41,036 nucleotides of DNA from Catajapyx aquilonaris (Eukaryota). The stretch spans positions 62,001 to 103,036 of the forward strand of contig KZ538201.1 in NCBI GenBank assembly GCA_000934665.2, in the 5' to 3' direction. This document shows positions 37,101 through 41,036 of this stretch, one piece after another. How positions within the stretch are numbered: the first letter of the stretch is position 1; each line of letters starts with the position of its first letter. The position numbers were made by a program, and so were the translations under genes. The notes under the pieces were generated by a model. That model was not told where the DNA came from. It saw only the letters and a program-made list of their open reading frames with translations, and searched no databases.

Positions 37101-38858
37101 GTAAAACCACATTGGAGAATACACTTTTATGATGAAAGTAGCGAGTTCCTGTAAGTTGACAGATGGGTCGGTAGTCAGTAGAACTAATGTAAATTTGAAG
37201 CACTCGTTTGGCAGTAGTGAGCCATCTTGCATGGGATAACTTCCTTTGTGGTGTACCAGATGGGGTGAAACATGCCTGAAGTACACATTACCAGGTTCTT
37301 GAATCATCAATATGTACTTGCAAAAAATGTCACAATGACGGCTCTCGTGGGGATTAATTACAAAAGAGAAAAGACGTCCATGTGGCTTGTGAACTCCTTA
37401 CTTTATCCACACTGCATGATAGAAATTGATGTACTCTGATTCATGTTTCAGATTGTGCAAGAGACCATTGAAGATAGAGATGAAAAAAATTGCTACCATA
37501 GTTCCCAGGAAAAAAATCTTAAGTCAGGACATTTGAAAACTCTTATGCGAAGTCATACAGGAGAGCGACCATTTCATTGTGAGGTGTGCCAGAAAAAATT
37601 TCTTCAATCACGTGATTTGAAACGTCACATGCGAACTCATACAGGAGAGAAACCATTCATTTGTGAGGTGTGCCAGAAGAAATTTTCTAATACATATAGT
37701 TTGAAACGTCATCTGCGAATTCATACAGGGGAGCGACCATTTCATTGTGAGGTGTGCCAGAAAAAATTTCTTCAATCACGTGATTTGAAATCTCACATGC
37801 AAACTCATACCGGAGAGAAACCATTCATTTGTGAGGTGTGCCAGAAAAAATTTCGTAACTCGACTAAATTGAAATATCACATGCGAATTCATACCAGAGA
37901 GATACCATTCATTTGTGAGGTGTGCCAGAAGCAATTTGATAACTCGACTAATTTGAAACATCACATGCGAACTCATACAGGAGAGAGATCATTCATTTGT
38001 GAGGTGTGCCAGAAGAAATTTTCTGCTGCATATAGTTTGAAAGTTCATCTGCGAATTCATACAGGGGAGCGACCATTTCATTGCGAGGTGTGCAAGAAAA
38101 AATTTCTTACTCAGAGTAGCTTGAAAGTTCACATGCGAAAACATACGGGAGCAAGACCATTTAATTGTGATGTGTGCCAGAAAAAATATCTTACTCCGAG
38201 TAGTTTGAAAGTTCACATGCGAATTCATACCGGAGAGAAACCATTCATTTGTGAGGTGTGCCAGAAGAAATTTTCTCATGCATATAGTTTGAAAGTTCAT
38301 CTGCGAATTCATACAGGGGAGCGACCATTCATTTGTGAGGTGTGCCAGAAGAAATTTTCTCATGCATATAGTTTGAAAGTTCATCTGCGAATTCATACAG
38401 GGGAGCGACCATTTCATTGCGAGGTGTGCCAGAAAAAATTTCTTACTCTGAATGGTTTGGAAGTTCACATGCGAAAACATACGGGAGCAAGTCCATTCAT
38501 TTGTGAGGTGTGTCAGAAGAAATTGTGTGATGCAAGTAGTTTGAAAGCTCACATGGGAAAGCATACCGGAGAAAGACCATTTAATTGTGATGTGTGCCAG
38601 AAAAAATATCTCAGGTCAAGTGATTTGAAATCTCACATGCGAATTCATACCGGAGAGAAACCATTCATTTGTGAAGTGTGCCAGAAGAAATTTTCTAATG
38701 CATATAATTTGAAAGTTCATCTGCGAATTCATACGGGGGAAAGATCCGTTATTTGTGAAGTGTGCCATAAAAAATTGCATGGTGTAATAAGTTTGGAATC
38801 TCACATGCAAATTCATACAGGGGAGCGACCATTTCATTGCAAGGTGGGCCAGAAATAA
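34157..38858 (+). CDS. C2H2 zinc-finger protein, 551 aa, acidic N-terminus plus 15 intact tandem fingers
   Basis: Exon 34157-34405 (donor GTACGT) joins in phase 0 to 37452-38858 (acceptor TTTCAG). Fingers CxxC-x12-H-x3-H with TGE(R/K)PF linkers. Additional middle exons are not excluded. Confidence 0.88.
35126..35377. mobile_element. piggyBac-type MITE
   Basis: TTAA-CCCTTAACTACTTAGGTGGAGCC...GGCTCCACCTAAGTAGTTAAGGG-TTAA. Confidence 0.8.
35868..36097 (+). mobile_element. tRNA-derived SINE (family 2) with 13-bp TSD
   Basis: A box TGGCATAGGGG, B box GGTTCGAATCC, central GTGGTTTTCC..AGGCCACAGCCGC domain seen in many invertebrate SINEs, (AAT)n tail; TSD GTGGCTGCGGGCT at 35855-35867 and 36098-36110. 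Confidence 0.93.
36216..37330 (-). pseudogene. Fragmented DNA transposase relic, probably hAT-related (hATm-type)
   Basis: Collinear frameshifted blocks MIQEPGNVYFRHVSP, KLSHARWLTTAKRVLQIY, PSVNLQELATFIIKVYSPMWF, HPENLLVAMVTDAEKHIREVAMRRIL, YADIINWQ, TEPPLT. Superfamily assignment is from recall. Confidence 0.7.
36550..37088. mobile_element. Old MITE with TA TSD (Tc1/mariner/pogo-type) splitting the transposase relic
   Basis: TA-CCATATCACCTCACCACAAAGCTGCATGCCGGTGTAGCCG inverted to CGGTTATACCGGCATGACGCTTTATGTGAAGTAATATGG-TA. Confidence 0.7.
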
Positions 38859-38996
<138 letters not shown>

Positions 38997-40117
38997 TGAC
39001 CACTTATTTTTGAGCTGTGCCAAAAAAACAAAAAAAAATGTAATGCACCATCATGCTTTTTAAAATACCAATAAAAGTGATATGTGCTGTTGTGATATCA
39101 TTTCAAAACCAGACTCTAAGTGCAAGCATAAATTTTCTGTGTGAGATAATGTCAGATTTTTAAAACAACAGACTGCATTTTAATTTACACTTAATACATC
39201 TGACTTGCACATGTGATTGAAGACATTTCAATTCTACAGTTGTTCTCAGTAATGTTGTGCATGACACTTACTGCTTTCCATTATTGTCTTGTACTCTGCA
39301 GATAATAAGTTCCAATATTTTCATATTTAGGAATGGATGTTGTGAAAATTGTATGCGTAGAATTTTGTTACTACAATTTTTAACATACCCTTACCAAAAT
39401 TACACTAATAAATATTTCAAGCAAAATGTCTGCAGTCCATCTAACTCCAGCTTCCTTACCAAAACCACCTCCGACAGCTGGGTTATGTCCCAAACAAGGT
39501 TGTCAAACATTTCCTTCACCCAGAAACTTCATCTCTTTCCACAAGGGTTAACCATGCCATGTGTAACAGAGACTAACAGTGCCTTGCTTATGAAAATGTT
39601 AACTGATGTCAAAATTTGAAAAGTTCAGTTATCAACTATCCTTTGCATTGTTTTAAAACATGTCCTGTGTGCTCCGTCTACTGCCGCAAACTATGAGAAT
39701 ATTTTGCTCTGGTCAGGAGAATCCTCACCCATATGATTTGCTCCACATGTGGATGTGTTCGTCAGCATAATATTCAAGGTTACTGCTGAGCAAGCGACAT
39801 GCATGGACAGAAAGAGAATGCATTTTTAAGCTTGTCACTTGCTTGTGAGGGCCTCTCAGCCTATGCTTTGAATGTGCAACCATGATATAAGAAGGTAAGT
39901 TTGTGCAAAACATGCAAAACAGGTCTATGTAAAAAAAATTGCTAATTGAGGCGAAAAAGGGTTTCATCCACAAGTGATGACCAGCACAGTACGCTGCTCA
40001 TATTCACTAAAGTTTAGTGAATGTTTATCTTTGTTTTGACAGTAAGCAAAAAAACGTTATGTTGCTAATTTTATAATGGTAAAGTTTCAATTATAAAATT
40101 ATTAGTAAAATAATATT

Positions 40118-40193
40118 TTGCAGTCTCAGGCGATTTTGGTGCAAAGACCAGCAGTTCTAGTTCTTTGTCTTTGCACCAAACTTGAGACTGCAA
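40118..40193 (+). other. 76-nt stem-loop
   Basis: 13-bp outer stem (one G-U), 4-nt bulge, perfect 14-bp inner stem TTTGGTGCAAAGAC/GTCTTTGCACCAAA, 18-nt loop. Confidence 0.7.
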
Positions 40194-41036
40194 TAGCGGC
40201 GTCACAAAATTGCACTTGTCCAGCTGGTGTGTATGTCGATTCACTCATGAAACTCAAAAGTATGATTTGAAATCAATTTTAAAATATTTTTCAAATATCT
40301 TCTCAGGTGTAGGAAATATGCTTAAATTTTGAGTCTGATGGTGACATTTTATTACCATTATATCCCATGTTTAAGGCACGATCACATGTACAGTTAAAAT
40401 TACAATGATGTATGTACAGTAGCATATGTTAGTGTCAGCTGAAAGCCAAATGTTATGTGATCATGGCTATTCAGGTGTGGACCGCCTAATTTTCCTACCC
40501 ATTAGATTCACCAACAATATATTCATCAAATGTTGCAAAATATTTTGTATGAAAATGAATGTCACATTTGAGGGGGAAAAAAATGTATGTGCACTACACC
40601 ATACAGGCATTGGCAGATCTAGTTCCAGATCAATACATAATGCCAAGCGAATTACAGGCTTTTTCACTTGCAATGCATATGAAAGACTTTGAGCTTGTTT
40701 ACACGCTCAGTGGCTCACACCCACACAACAGGGTGTCCAATAACTGTGATGATGAGATTAGGCTCGAATAAGACAAAAAAATAGAAGCACCCAGGCATAG
40801 GTAATTCTATTTAATAAATTATGCCTCAGTACAAATAGCGAAATGATAAAAACACACATGTATTAAGCCATCCAATGGAAATATTTTCCCACTGGACAGG
40901 GGATTTCCCCATTTGCTATGTGCACTGAGTTGGTTGTCTTAGTCCGGCGGCTTAATGCCGATATGTGGCTGAATTATGCACTTCGAGCCAAAAGCGATTT
41001 TAATTTTTTTTCGTGATGTACGCACCATAAGGAGCA

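Noticed and set aside
39257..41036. Short ORFs at the right end
   Set aside because: No recognisable motifs or consistent exon chain.

Overview
Eukaryotic, intron-rich genomic DNA, most likely an arthropod (probably an insect; species cannot be determined). Most short ORFs in the supplied track are exon fragments or noise. Manual splicing with GT-AG sites and phase checks gives six genes: (1) 5' part of an SLC12 Na-K-Cl cotransporter on the minus strand, running off the left edge; (2) a complete 13-exon class III PI3-kinase Vps34/PIK3C3 (927 aa); (3) an 11-exon DUF229 alkaline-phosphatase-superfamily gene (647 aa) with apparent metal-ligand substitutions; (4) a hidden five-exon orphan gene (26493-27839, 236 aa) built by duplication of a two-exon cassette plus a 30-bp coding minisatellite; (5) an intronless SPOP/TDPOZ-like MATH-BTB gene; (6) a C2H2 zinc-finger gene with a minisatellite-like finger array cut short by a nonsense change. 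Introns and intergenic DNA hold many MITEs, foldback elements, two tRNA-derived SINEs and transposase relics, including a five-element nest in the ZNF intron. The best candidates for something undescribed are the orphan gene with its upstream triplicated exon-like cassette, and the 1.7-kb foldback element with a piggyBac-type MITE exactly on its symmetry axis.
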